The notes under the pieces were generated by a model. The model saw only the letters and a list, made by a program, of their open reading frames with translations. It was not told where the DNA came from and searched no databases. Made by a program: the position numbers and the translations under genes. Below, piece by piece: positions 12,601 through 25,876 of a DNA stretch of 64,000 bases. The DNA lies in contig NC_042997.1 of the NCBI RefSeq assembly GCF_006345805.1, forward strand, positions 160,022,001 through 160,086,000, read 5' to 3'. The stretch comes from Octopus sinensis. Lineage: Eukaryota. How positions within the stretch are numbered: position 1 is the stretch's first letter; the number at the start of each line of letters is the position of its first letter.

Positions 12601-13122
12601 ATTAGATTCCTTGGAAGAAAACAGCGAATGTATGCGAAAACAAGGACGAAAAAAACTGAGAAGGTTACACAAATACAAATAACAGGAAATAACAACAGGT
12701 GTATTTCGACTAAGGACGGACTAAATGAACCTGGCGTGTGTGGAAGTAAAGCATTACGGCAGGGATACAAGATTTCACAGGCACAGGGAAGAATAAAGAT
12801 ATTACACGGGCAGCGGCCGAACCAAGAAAGAAAATTCAGGCCTGGCCGAACACCGGTCACGCGGGGAGAGAAGAGAGAGAAGTAGAGACAGCGGGACAGA
12901 AGAAATAAGGAGGGTTGATAAAATGACAGGGAGACAGTGAAGTGAAGAGAGGAGGGAAAGTGAGCATGAAGAGAAGGCAATGAAATGTGAGAGAGGAGGG
13001 AACGTAAGAACGAAGAGTGGACTAAATGAAGTAAGCGTGAAATTGCGGATAGAAAGAATAAAAGAATAAAAGAATAGACTCGTACAAGATTTAGATAAAT
13101 ATATACTTACATACAAGAGACC

Positions 13123-13162
<40 letters not shown>

Positions 13163-13164
<2 letters not shown>

Positions 13165-13990
13165 TTCAACAATTGAGGGTAAAATTAATTAATTATTAAT
13201 CAATTTCACCAAGTGTTCAGTATGCAAAGGGACCATTTAAGGCGAATTCAAATTATTACATTATATAAAAGGGCTTAGTAAAATAAATTACTTTGCCACA
13301 TACTGAACTCATTAGAAATAGTAGCTAAAAAACTTTTTTAAAACTATTTCTAATACTTAAAGAAAATCTCTCTCATATAGTGTTTGCTCAACTCAACTCA
13401 CGAAAGTATGGGGGTAAAGACATTAAAAAATCAAATGCAAAGGTTATTTGAGAACGTACGTTTCTAGATTAGTCAACTCGACATTTCTATCATCAGCTCA
13501 GAACTCCTTGGTTTGGATTTGAAAACACTGAAAGTGGGAGCATACCCTTTCGGCTTCTTATCGCTTCTGAAGATCTGCTCGAAACTAACAGTGCCAGCAA
13601 ACTCAAAATATGCAAGCGAAGAATTTCTGCTCTCCCCTTTCCACCAGCGTGGGCTAAAATCAGTAAACACTATGCTTTTTCGGTAAAATCCGAAGCATTA
13701 AATAGAGAGAGATGAATTATAATTTCAACAATTGAGGGTAAAATTAATTAATTATTAATCAATTTCACCAAGTGTTCAGTATGCAAAGGGACCATTTAAG
13801 GCGAATTCAAATTATTACATTATATAAAAGGGCTTAGTAAAATAAATTACTTTGCCACATACTGAACTCATTAGAAATAGTAGCTAAAAAACTTTTTTAA
13901 AACTATTTCTAATACTTAAAGAAAATCTCTCTCATATAGTGTTTGCTCAACTCAACTCACGAAAGTATGGGGGTAAAGACATTAAAAAAT
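13163..13990 (-). mobile_element. Partial-tandem 559-bp unit (269-bp direct repeat, 290-bp spacer, 269-bp direct repeat) carrying a hammerhead; retrozyme or Penelope pLTR-like
   Basis: 13163-13431 appears identical to 13722-13990; flanked by (TA)n on both sides; HHR in the spacer. Confidence 0.65.
13449..13500 (-). ncRNA. Type I hammerhead ribozyme motif (HHR-4)
   Basis: Minus strand: TGAG-CTGATGA-TAGA..GTC GAGTT GAC..TCTA-GAAA-CGTACG-TT-CTCA. Stem I TGAG/CTCA, stem II TAGA/TCTA, palindromic stem III, GUU site. Confidence 0.75.
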
Positions 13991-13991
13991 A

Positions 13992-14047
<56 letters not shown>

Positions 14048-14112
14048 CATATATATATATATATATACATATATACATACATACATACATACATACATAC
14101 ATACATACACAC

Positions 14113-14144
<32 letters not shown>

Positions 14145-14149
14145 CTTTA

Positions 14150-14700
14150 TATATATAAAACTGAGATTGTGTGTTTGTCTGTCTGTGTGTTTCCCTAAAA
14201 CTTGAGAACTACACAACCAATTTCATTCAAATTTTACACATGCCTTACTTAGGGTCCATGTAGTTTCATGAGCAAAAAATGTTCATCGTCTTACCTAGAG
14301 CGAGCCCATGAATGGGAATAAATTAAAAATAAAATTAGTCTGCAGAAATGGAATAGTCCAGATGGATAATAAAAAATTAAATTAAAGAAAAGACTATTGT
14401 CTATAAAGTATACAATGTAGAGAAAAAAAGATTTGAACACATGGAGGAAAGCACCTTCGAAAAGTGTCTTGGTGTGACTATGACAGATATCTAATCAGAG
14501 GCGGTAAATTCGCCACAATAGAAGCAAGATTCGAGTCAACAGAGCGTGTAAGGGAGTACTCGACTAGAACTTGCAAAGTGGAAATATTTTATTTTTTCCT
14601 TTATATCTGGGACGTAGGACGTCCCGGGAAAAAAATTAAAATGCCCCTCCCCCAGAAGAAGAGATAGGCTGGATTGTAGCCACACTTCTATACAAGAAGG
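14150..14700 (+). mobile_element. Possible non-autonomous Helitron/DINE-like element
   Basis: TATAAAA start followed by a GTCTGTCT microsatellite and CAACCAATTTCATTCAAATTTTACAC, reminiscent of DINE/HINE 5' ends. Recognition only. Confidence 0.35.
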
Positions 14701-14859
14701 AGGAAAGATACAATTGATCGAAATTACAAGAGACGGGCTAACAATTCCAGTCTGTTATATATTTTGAATATTGTTATCACTAGCGATATCAAGATATAAC
14801 TTTGTATTTTGTATTTTATGTGTAGATGTATATATATATAAATGTACATGTAATATGTA

Positions 14860-14925
<66 letters not shown>

Positions 14926-15687
14926 GATACATGCACTAGCACTATGACCCAGCAACGACTTGTCTTTAATGCTAGTATATATATATATATATACATACAC
15001 AAAATTGTACAAGAACGCAAAACATCGTTAGGTGATGTAAGAAAGGAACAACAAAACATCCAGAGAGGAATTACAAAGAAGATATGGACGGGTCATTCTG
15101 AATTTTCTTTCCTCAGTCGAGTTCCAGATTATCTTTGCAATTTCTTATGGTTATACTCGAGATTGCTTGAAACTGTTATAAATAGCGTGGGAAAAAGTCC
15201 CAATTTGCCGAACTCTAGTGCATTCTGCGTTATATTACGAACTACACGCTCTTTCTTAGCCATTCTAATAACTACATACTTAACCAACATGCGATTGCAA
15301 CATCCAAAATAACATAGTGCCTATTTATATATATTTATTGTCTTTAATCAAGACCAAATGATAAATTATCACTTTTAGCTATCGTAGCTCGCATTATACT
15401 GATTTTATCACGTATTTTTGTTATGCATGAACATCTTATAATTTGTGCGGCAATATTCAGTCATGTTTAAATGTTTACTTGGTGTTCTCTAGTTATTATA
15501 AACAGACTTCAATAAATGAGCCAATTATTCATTGTTACGCTCACTCCAATCAGCACTTCTTTCGTTATTAGATGTGGCTTATACATAGAAAATATCTGAT
15601 GGATTTTTTTCATAGGAAGTTTTTAAAAGTCGCTTACTGAAATTTAGGTGAAAATTTCAGGATAAAGTAGCGCTACTGATGTATATA

Positions 15688-15748
<61 letters not shown>

Positions 15749-15904
15749 GTGTTTAGGTAAATGGATATGTAAGTTAGTAGATAGACAAACAGATAGATAG
15801 GTATACAGGTAATACAGACAGCCAAGCACACACACATACACACATACACAAATGAAGATTAAAACACATAACCATATACACACAGGCACACTTCACACAC
15901 ACAC

Positions 15905-17090
15905 ACAAGGACACATTCACCCGGACTACCGAGCAGATGTCGCTGTACATGGCAGCGGAAAACCGGACCGAAACCAGCCGCTGTGAGAACAGCCACCAGA
16001 TACTGATGGTCCACACTATCAAAGATTTTTGACTGACCTAAATTGATTAGAGCCCCACCAATGCCAGGCTTCTTAACTGCCCTATCCACGATGTAGCGCA
16101 TAAGGCGTCATGGATGGACTTGTTTGGGACGGCGCCTGCTTGTGTGTCTCCAACCAGTTTCTTGACGACCAGCGCTAACCTCTTCACTAACACTTCGGAC
16201 CAAATTTTCATGTCTGCATTAAGCAGAGTGATGGGCCTAAAATTATCTAAACCTCCCCCTTGTTTGGATCCTTTCTCAGCAGTAGCACGGATCCTCGGCT
16301 CTCAGATTCTCTTTCTGTTGCAAGTTGTTGTAGCTATCTGACAAGGGGCCTGCAAACAAGTCTGGTATACTAGAATAAAGCTCTTAGAGCAGACCATCAA
16401 GTCCCGGCGATTTGCCCCCGAGCATTCCTCAACTGTTATCAGATATTCGCAGCCCTCCGCTTCTCTTGTTACGTGTCGTGGTAGGCCATCGCGGTAAGCA
16501 GTAAAATCCATCCTGCGATCAAGCCCACTTTTCATTCCGAACAATTCGACAAAATGCTGCTGAAAAGCTGCACACATCTGCTCCGGCTCGTTCACCGTGC
16601 TCCCATTTTGGTCCACCAAAAACCAAATGGTGTTTTTGTTGTCATTTTGCGTCTCAGCCACCCGGGCCCATTGGGCAACATTGGTTATCTCTTTCTCAGA
16701 ACACGTGCCTTAGCTCTGACAATGCAACCTTCGTGCCTGGCGTTGAAGGTCAAACCTCGCTGACAGCACGTCACTCGCTATGCCTTTTCTAAGCGCAACT
16801 TTTAGGTTTCTTGCTAAATCTTCCTCAAATCTATTTCTTTCTACAGCTAAAACTTTGCTAAATCTAGCTGATTCTACTTTGATGGCACTTTTTAGATTAT
16901 ATCACCATTAATTGCTGACGATGCCTCCGTCAAAGTTTTCTGAACTAATTCTTTAATGCGGTTTCTGTAAGCTTGGCACACCTTGAATGACGTGTTCAGC
17001 TTGCCGTAGCCGGGGCCCTGTCTACGTATGCTGTTTAAGGCGACCTTTCAGGTCACCAATTTGTGTAGCCGACTATTTAAAATTGTGAAC
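15905..17090 (-). mobile_element. Tx1/L1-clade LINE ORF2 fragment, decayed
   Basis: ORFs 15859-16101 (GGALINLGQSKIFDSVDH) and 16302-16661 (AFQQHFVELFG), plus RQGPGYGKLN near 17000, match the element at 38922-40856. Confidence 0.85.
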
Positions 17091-17299
17091 AACTAATACT
17101 TATTTCTTTACTAACCACAAGGAGAGGACTACTTGCCGTTATCTCTCTGGAGTAGGAGCAGGAATGTGTCGCGCTCCTTAAGTGGAGTGTGGTGGTCTCT
17201 TAAGTGTGGAGCACTTTCTAGGCCTCCAAGTGCCGTTGAAAAACAGGTGGGCGGAATCTTTTCCTCGATGCTGCTAGAGGTACCGATAAATCCTTTGTA

Positions 17300-18130
17300 A
17301 CACAATTAATACTTGCTAATATTCGTCACGCGAAACAAATTGCGCTAGCTGTTCCTTCCTCGGGAATCGCTGCTATGCTATTGCCGGGAGTTAGGACGGT
17401 GCACTCGGCATTCAAGATGCCTTTACATTTGGTGAGGGCCGCGGTTCCCACTTGCAACAATGGCAAAAATTCAGAGGAAGCTGAAGTTCTTAGACAATGC
17501 GCAATGACCAATAAGGGTGCCCTTGAGGCACTGTACTGGTCACTGAAAGGTATCAGGGATTCTAGAGCTTTTATGGGTGGAGTAACTCTATTGCTTTCAG
17601 GAGATTTCCAGCAAAAATTTCTTGTCATCCCTAAAGGGAGCCGAGCTGATGAAGTGCGCGCATGCCTTAAGTCATCCACATTGTGGCTCTAGGTTGAGAC
17701 CTTAAGTCTAAGCACAAACAAGTGTGCGCACTTGCTTGGTGATAGCATGTCTGCAGCATTTGCTGATGACATTTTAGCCCCTGGAGAAGGTCTGAACTTT
17801 GTAACACTGTGGACAACCCTTCCGATCTTATGCAGACATCACTTTGCTCAGTGAAGGAACCATCCTGGTCCCCCAAAAGGTAGTTGTCAGTGCTATCAAA
17901 GACCAGCTCATAAGCCGAATTCCGGGTGTGGAGCGCATCTACAAGTCGATTGATCGGACCTCTGACCCCAAAGACATTAACAATTACTCTATTGAGTTTC
18001 TTAACTCATTGGAGCCAGCAAGGCTTCCACCTCACATTCTTAGGATAAGGATTAGATGCCCAATTATGCTAATCAGAAACTTGCTTCCACCTAAATAGTG
18101 CAATGGGACGATTGCTGTAGAAAAGAGCTG
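17300..18130 (+). mobile_element. Helitron PIF1-type helicase fragment, decayed
   Basis: LLPGVRTVHSAFKMP, GGVTLLLSGDFQQ...VIPKG...ACLKSS and LNSLEPARLPPHILRIRIRCPIMLIRNL are Helitron helicase motifs. Confidence 0.85.
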
Positions 18131-19432
18131 ACAAGATTTTGAATTGAAATTGCAGTTTAAGATGGAAATTATAACGACCATCAAGAAGCATGTTTTCGCC
18201 TTCGCTTGCAAAGCGAGAGAGCAGTGTTTTTAATTAAGCATCGTAAGAACTAGAAGTTATCTAAAGTAAAGAAGCTCCAATTCACAGAAAATAACTATAA
18301 GAGATTTTTAAATGGTGTATATTTGTCGAGACGACGAGCGTTTAGTTACGAGTTTTTAGGGAATAATTTTATTTACCTCTGAAATGTTTAGACCTCTTTC
18401 GGTGAGCTCTTCCTTTATTCACCAATATAATGATCTAATTTCTATTTCATTTTTTAATCCTTTTTTTTTATCGACTAGATTCTTTTGTTACTTCCAAATT
18501 CACGGTACAATTCCGCATTCTTTATTTTGACAAATTTACTGTTCACATTAATTACCGAAGCCAACTTCACACTCGACACCAAATAGTGTGTCAACGGTAC
18601 CACACGAATTTGTCCGGCATCATCGCACACATCAATTGCATGGCACCGACTATATCTTAAGACCACTTGCATCGGTTTCTCAGCACATCACACGTCAATG
18701 TCGCACATGGTCTTCCAGCAGACTTCGAACCACCCTTTCACATCGGTTTCCAGCAGGAGGCAACTCTGCAACATGTTCACTAATAGTCTTTATAGTCCGT
18801 CCACACAGTAAAAAGCGCGCTAAAATCATACTGCCCACGCTTTAAACAGTCACGTGACCACCAATAATTAGTTTTACGCCTTCGCTTGCGAAACCAGTGA
18901 TGCTCTATTTCGACGTCGTACGAAAGAGAAATTTTCTGCATATAATATATTCATGCCCGCGCGCGTGTGTGTATGTGAATGTGTGCGTGCGTGCGTGTGT
19001 GGTTGTACGCATATATTTACATAAGTCCAATATATGAGATACAACTACTTCAAAAAGAAAACACAAAAAAACAACTCAATACATTTGTTGACAAATAATT
19101 TTATTGTGGATATCGAAAAGGTCGGTGCCCCGATGAAACAAAATGTGAGAATGGAAAACCTAGAGAAGCTCACTGGCAGTGAGGTGTGAGATATGGATAT
19201 TGCATGAAAAGCAGTTGGTGTGTACGCTTCAAAAAGCTACAGGAGTAGCTGTTTAATTAGAATGAAAATATTTTTAAGAGTAAAAATGTGGTGTGATTAA
19301 CTATATATATATATATAAACTTACTTGGAGAAAAGAAACGAAACGACGCGATGGTGCTCAGTCATACAATAATTTAATAAATAAAATATATGCATACATA
19401 CATACATATATGTACGTACCTACATCTACATG

Positions 19433-20540
19433 GACTAGTTCGTCGGGCGTGTTCTGTCCTTACCTGTTATTGTAAGATGGGTTGGTGCCTTCCTCTCAGA
19501 TCGCTCCTTCCAAGTCCAAGTTAATGGTTCGCGGTCCGACGTCTCCAGTGCGAGCAGTGGCGTGCCTCAAGGTTCAGTGCTTGGGCCCTTGTTGTTCTTA
19601 GTCTTCATAAATGACTTGCCCGACGACCTCACGCAACACACCCTTCTATTTGCCGACGATATCAAACTGGTCGCTCCTCGCGGTAATATAGAGGATCTTC
19701 GTCGATGCCTCCACCAAATTTAGAAGTGGTCTAACGATTGGGACCTGTGTCTGAACGTGTCAAAGTGCTGTCATCTGCCTGTCGGCTCTACTCCTGCAAC
19801 TCAACTTGATTTCGAGCCGGGTCGTCTGCTGCTGGAGAGGACCGATCAGGTAAAGGACCTGGGTATCTTGGTGGATTCATCCTTTTCGCCTTCGGCCCAG
19901 TGCGTCCATGCTGCCAACAAAGCACGCGGAATTCTGTTCTTGATTCGACGGTCATTCGGAATGCTCACAGCAGCCATATTCCTACCACTCTATGTCACGC
20001 TGGTGAGACCCATATTGGAGTATGGGATTCAAGCCTCTTCTCCTTATCTCCTCAAAGACATACATCATCTCGAAAGAGTCCAGAAGCTGGCTACCCGCAT
20101 GGTTCATGGTCTCAAAAATTTGTCCTACGAAGAAAGGCTGAGGACGCTCGACCTTTATTCTCTTGAAAAACGCCGCCGCCGTGGTGATCTCATTCTCGCC
20201 CACAACATCATAAGCGGAAAGCGTAACCTCTCGAAAGAGCTGTTCTTCACTCCTGCTCCAGAGCGTCAGCTGCGAGGTCATTCCAAAAAGCTCTACCTGC
20301 GACGATTTCATCTCAATCGAAGGAGAGGAGCTTTCTCCGTCCGAGTTGCGGATCCGTGGAACAAGCTGCCAGACGAGATGGTGAAGATGCCGACGACCGC
20401 TTTGTTCAAAGCCTCCCTGGACCTCAAGTGGCCTGAACTCTTTACATGAACACCACCCTGTACTTAACTCCATGTCCCCCTACATGGCCTTGCTATTTGC
20501 TTTTGAGCCAAATTAACTAACTAACTAACTAACTAACTAC
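19433..20540 (+). mobile_element. CR1-clade LINE, 5'-truncated, with (TAAC)n tail
   Basis: GVPQGSVLGPLLFLVFINDLP and LFADDIKL RT motifs (about 19555-19670), ORF 19757-20449 C-terminus, AACT repeats at about 20513-20538. Confidence 0.9.
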
Positions 20541-20708
20541 CTTCGAAACACGCATTGAGTCAATCCAGGGACAGCTGATGAAGGGGAATATTCCTTGTAT
20601 TGTTTGTCTTGTACTCTGTTTTTCGTTGTTAAAAAAAGTCCGTTTCCTAGTTGTTTTTATGCTTTCGTATCTCGTTGTGTTCTACGTTTATTTGTGGTGT
20701 CCTGTATT

Positions 20709-20782
<74 letters not shown>

Positions 20783-21555
20783 TGTATATATACATGTAGA
20801 GGTAGGTACGTACATATATGTATGTATGTATGCATATATTTTATTTATTACATTATATATATATATACATATATATATATATACACATACATATATACAT
20901 ATAATACATATATATGTGTGTGTGTGTGTGTGTGTTTATATGTCCTTTTTCCATATATATAGGTAACTATATATATATATATATATATAGTTGGAATTGA
21001 TAGAAAAATAAACGACGAAGACTGGTGTATGAACAACAATCTTCGCTCTCATCAGAAAAGAATAAGGGAAAATAAGCAGAGACAAAAATATATAACAGAA
21101 GCACAATTAAAGGTTACAAACCTCATTCAGCGATAGCAGAATACATCGAAGGTTCTGGCTAATTACCTATACAAAGAGTAATGAACATTAATACTCAACT
21201 TCAAGGTAACTATATAAACCGTGGTTTATATATTTTTTATTTATTATAACAATAAGATGAGAGAATAGAAGTAAAAAATAAATTGTTATTTTTCAATAAA
21301 AAAATTGACAATCAGAGGTAGGTATCTACATCTGAAGAGATTCGACTTACAAATAAGTTTTAATTTGATTAATTAATTTTTTGAGGGTCTCAATTGAAAC
21401 ATTTGTAAGGGATGTTTGTCAGATTTTTTATTAATGAATAGTAATTTATTAATTACCTCTCTGTTCTCTCATATTATTTTGTATATATAAATGTGTGTAA
21501 GAGTGTGTGTGTATATATATTTATATGTATAAATATGTGTGTGTGTGTGTGTGAG

Positions 21556-21740
21556 TACAGGGTTGGCCAAAAATTCACCCGACAGTAAATCAAGATTCCA
21601 TAAATACAATCTGAAATCCCCTATTGTCTCAAATGGAAAAATGTGACGCTCAAGAAGAACTTCAATTTGAACAACTTTCATGATGTTTCATATTTAGATG
21701 CCTTTATTAAATTCTTTCAGTTGTTAAACATAAATAACTC
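21556..21740 (+). mobile_element. Tc1/mariner-like terminal fragment
   Basis: TA followed by CAGGGTTGGCCAAAA, a typical Tc1/mariner TIR start. Partner TIR not found. Confidence 0.4.
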
Positions 21741-22472
21741 TCGGGGCGATTTCAGGGTTATTTCAAAAAGAATCCTCCCTTCGTCAGTGATACATGTGGC
21801 AAAGAAGTAAATGAGATACTTGCTCATACCCATGGAAGAAGCAAACACTAAGTCATGAACACAACTAAGTACCTCAAATAAATCCAAAATAGAAATACTC
21901 CGGCCCATTCAAGATACGTGCGATTTGAACTGAGGCACTCACAGATTGGGAGAGTCCGGAAGTGAACACTAAATTTATATCTAATGTAGGATAAAGTTTT
22001 TTCGGAAAAATTTTTTTTATCAATGGCCAGCATATAAAAAATACCTTTAAAGGTTAAATTATAAACAACTTATAAATAAGGGCAAACGAAAAAATTTGGC
22101 ATACTTGGCATGAGAAATTTTTTCGTTTGCCCTTATTTATAAGTTGTTTATAATTTAACCTTTAAAGGTATTTTTAATATGCTGGCCATTGATAACATTT
22201 TTTTTTTTCGAAATAATTTTATCCTACATTAGATATAAATTTAGTGTTCACTTCCGGACTCTCCCACTCTGTGAGTGCCTCAGTTCAAATCGCACGTATC
22301 TTGAATGGGCCGGAGTATTTCTATTTTGGATTTATTTGGGGTACTTAGTTGTGTTCATGACTTAGTGTTTGCTTCTTCCATGGGTATGAGTAAGTATCTC
22401 ATTTACTTCTTTGCCCCATGTATTACTGACGAAGGGAGGATTCTTTTTGAAATAACCCTGAAATCGCTCCGA
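21741..22472. repeat. 732-bp near-perfect palindrome (357/358-bp arms, 17-nt loop); partial third copy at 22576-22704
   Basis: 21741-22097 is the reverse complement of 22115-22472 (roughly 95% by eye). ORFs 21717-21908(-) and 22305-22523(+) encode near-identical peptides. Confidence 0.95.
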
Positions 22473-22746
22473 TATGGTAATAATGGAATTTTTAAGAGAT
22501 TTCTGTCGACCTTTTTCGAGTAGCGTGCGTACTGGAAAAAAGTTATATGGTAAATGGACATTATGTCCAATTTTCGGCATATTTGGCATTAGAATGTTTT
22601 CGTTTGCCCTTAGTTATAAGTTGTTTATAATTTAACCTTTAAAGGTATTTTTAATATGCTGGCCATTGATAATTTTTTTTTCGAAAAAATTTTATCCTAC
22701 ATTACATATATATATATATATATATGTACATATATGTATGTATACA

Positions 22747-22808
<62 letters not shown>

Positions 22809-22869
22809 CATATATGGATTAGCAATAATACTGATATTAATAATAATAATGGTATGAATATTAATAATA

Positions 22870-23260
22870 TTAACAGTAGTAATTCTCCTAGTTGCAATTG
22901 TAGAGTTAAACCCCACTGTCCATTAATAGGCCGATGTCTAATCCAAATCGTAATCCATAAGTATACAATCACAACTGTAGCTGGTAACTTTATATATATA
23001 GGTTGTTCAATAGATATTTTTTTAAAATCTTTTAAGCTCAAACATTGGCTCAATTGTACATCCTTATCCAGCAAGATTTGGGAACTGAAGGAAAGTGGAA
23101 ACGAATTTTGCCTGATTAATAATAATTAGACCTAAGGCTATCATGCGTACATAGAGTCACCTGTGCATTTAAATATTTTCGAAATTAGCGTTTGAAGGAG
23201 CTATACTTCAACCTAGATTGGGGAAATTAATTTTTAGTTTCATATCTGATGTGAACTTAC
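22870..23260 (+). mobile_element. Penelope-like GIY-YIG endonuclease fragment
   Basis: CNCRVKPHCPLIGRCL...FIYIG...TSLSSKIWELK in ORF 22656-23129. Confidence 0.75.
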
Positions 23261-24177
23261 CCCCGAGTATTATATATAATAAAATCATGGGATATTGAGT
23301 TATATGATGAATTAAAGTGCATTGCATATACTATGTTATGCTACATGTAGTTACTGTCCTTTGAATAATCCTACCTAGTTAGTCTGACTTCATCATGTTT
23401 TTGGTGATTAAATTATTTATTCCTTTCTATGATGTTCTACCCTACTAATCATATTATGTATTATGTAATGGCTTTTATGTGAGTAAGCCTCCTAATTATA
23501 TACCCCTGTGAAACTATAAAATCATGTATGTAATAACAAAGGTAACCTTATAACATATAAAATATCCCTTCGCTTTGAATATCCCCTACTACTCTCACTA
23601 CTACCATACCTATTACTTCTGTGGGATTATCTTTATCTCTCCCCTTCCTCAAATTTTAAGACTCTGTAAAGTCTCTGTAAAATGTAAGTTATAAATATTT
23701 TCTTACTAGTCTCTATAATTTCTTAATTTGTTTTCTTACTTTGATACTTTTACCAATAAACCTCTTGTTAATATTCTTAAATAGAGTTATAAACCTTCTA
23801 GTTACTTAAGTCTATGAGGGTTGATTATAACATACCCATGATAATGTACAAATATTTGCATATATTTGCATGTGAGCACATAGTTAAATATGTGTATATA
23901 TATCTTTGCATAACTTTTTTTCTATTTTTTGTTTCTGATTCTTAGCTTATAATTATATAGCATGATTTATCGCCCCAGAATTCCATAAGTAAATACCTAG
24001 AACAGTCTTTATAGAAACCACCTAATAAGTAAGTGATTACTAATAACAATTCAGATGCAATCTGGCTTTATCAAGTATATTGAAATAAAGGTTCACAATA
24101 TATATGTATAAACACTCTAATAAAGTATAAAGATAATAAAATAAAATGGAGAAAAATAAATAGATGCTTGATTCATT

Positions 24178-24520
24178 TTATTTGTATCAAAATGGAAAAG
24201 TAATGCAAAGTAAAAGTGATACATATAAGAATAAAGATAAAAGAAAACGGATCAACAAAGCAACCAAAAAATATCCCCTACACATGTTTCAATCCGACAG
24301 CATGTTTGAATCATCAACATTCAAACGATTGTAGATGTAAGAAAGCATATATTGCCGGGTATCTCCAAGGAAACGTAAGTATATTTTCCGGGCTTGAATT
24401 ACGTAATAACTAATTTCAGGACTGTATTTTGAAACTGGTTGATGTGTTGATCCGGTTTTTTTTATCCTTAATCTTATAAGTATCACTTTTTGCATTACGT
24501 TTCCATTGTGATACAAATAA
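24178..24520. mobile_element. 343-bp element with about 85-bp imperfect inverted arms (MITE-like or inverted pLTR)
   Basis: 24178-24265 versus reverse complement of 24437-24520, about 85% by eye. Spacer has TTGATGA...GAAACATGTGTA on the minus strand. Confidence 0.7.
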
Positions 24521-24545
24521 GATGCACCAAGTATCTATAATCTTT

Positions 24546-24683
<138 letters not shown>

Positions 24684-24787
24684 AGATATATAAATATATC
24701 TGCCTGTCTGTCTGTCTGTCTGTCTAATTCATCTATCTATCTATCTATCTAAATATCTATTTATCTATCTAACTATCTATCTATCTA

Positions 24788-24864
<77 letters not shown>

Positions 24865-25796
24865 CGCTTGTTCATTAGTACCAATATGCACACTCTGAAA
24901 GATATTTAAAAGAATTATGTTTTGCGTAGTCGCTGGATATGGCCGGCCAAAACGTTACAATTAGTTTCACGTGTATTACCGTTCTTAATATAAGTGACAC
25001 ATCAGATTTGCTAGTTTGAAGCAGAGAACCACTTTACTAACGGAACTAAAAATACAGTATGAGTCAGTCTGGATTGTGAGAAAAAACCTGAAACGACATT
25101 CTTCGAAGGAAAATCTTGTGGGTGCTACGGATTCATTCCACCTTGACCATTTCCACTTGCATTTGAATTGTGTCAGTTCATATACGGTTTTTCATCAGCG
25201 GAGAATTCCATGCTTTCAATGCAAATCTTTCGACATACGAGGACAAAATAAAAACATTTTTTGAATTTCAGAAATCCCTAGGTGAGTATTCACAAATTTT
25301 GAAAGTGAGATGCACTTATGAGAAAATTACTAGTTCAAGAGATGGAATTCCTTGCCTACTGACTTGTGAACGGAAATCGTACATAAACCTACTCGTCCGG
25401 ACACAGCTAAAACTGGTCAATGAGAAATAGCTCCACTTCACCAAGAAGGGTTTTTTCCCCTCGAAGAATTTCGTTTAAGACTTTTTTTTTCAAACTTCTA
25501 TCTCCATTAGTAAGGACGTTATGTGCCTCCATCTGGTTTATCGCTTGTGTTACTAATAGCAACAAGAGATGTGAAACCAATGGTAAATTTCTGACCAATC
25601 ACAACCAAAGTTAACATTACATTTGTGTGTGCATGTGTGGGTTTGTGAGTGTGTGTTCGTGCGTTCGTGTGTGTGTACGTGCGCGCGTGTGTGTATATAT
25701 GTATATATATATGTATGTATATATATATATATATATATATAAATATTTATATATATATAGTGTGTGTCCGTGTATGTGTATGTGTGTGTGTGAATG

Positions 25797-25828
<32 letters not shown>

Positions 25829-25876
25829 CGTTTGTGTGTGTGTGTGTGTGGAATTACGTTTCGTTCTGCCAAACAT

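Noticed and set aside
13567-13592. Plus-strand CTGAAGA...GAAA suggesting a second, opposite-polarity ribozyme in the 559-bp unit
   Set aside because: The 7-nt stem II (TCTGCTC) cannot pair and stems I and III do not form.
13161-13990. TRIM / LTR-retrotransposon interpretation of the direct repeats
   Set aside because: TG...CA occurs on only one repeat and may come from flanks; no PBS or TSD found; the hammerhead favours a PLE/retrozyme origin.
18190-18900. Helitron gene capture between two TTCGCTTGC hairpin-like motifs
   Set aside because: The intervening sequence has no recognisable exon or ORF, and the termini lack a clear CTAG.
20545-20595. GAAA...CTGATGA permuted (type II-like) hammerhead
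   Set aside because: Stems I and III do not pair at the core; at best a decayed remnant.
21012-21060. Minus-strand CTGATGA followed by a good stem II
   Set aside because: Followed by GTTT instead of GAAA; no stem III or stem I partner.
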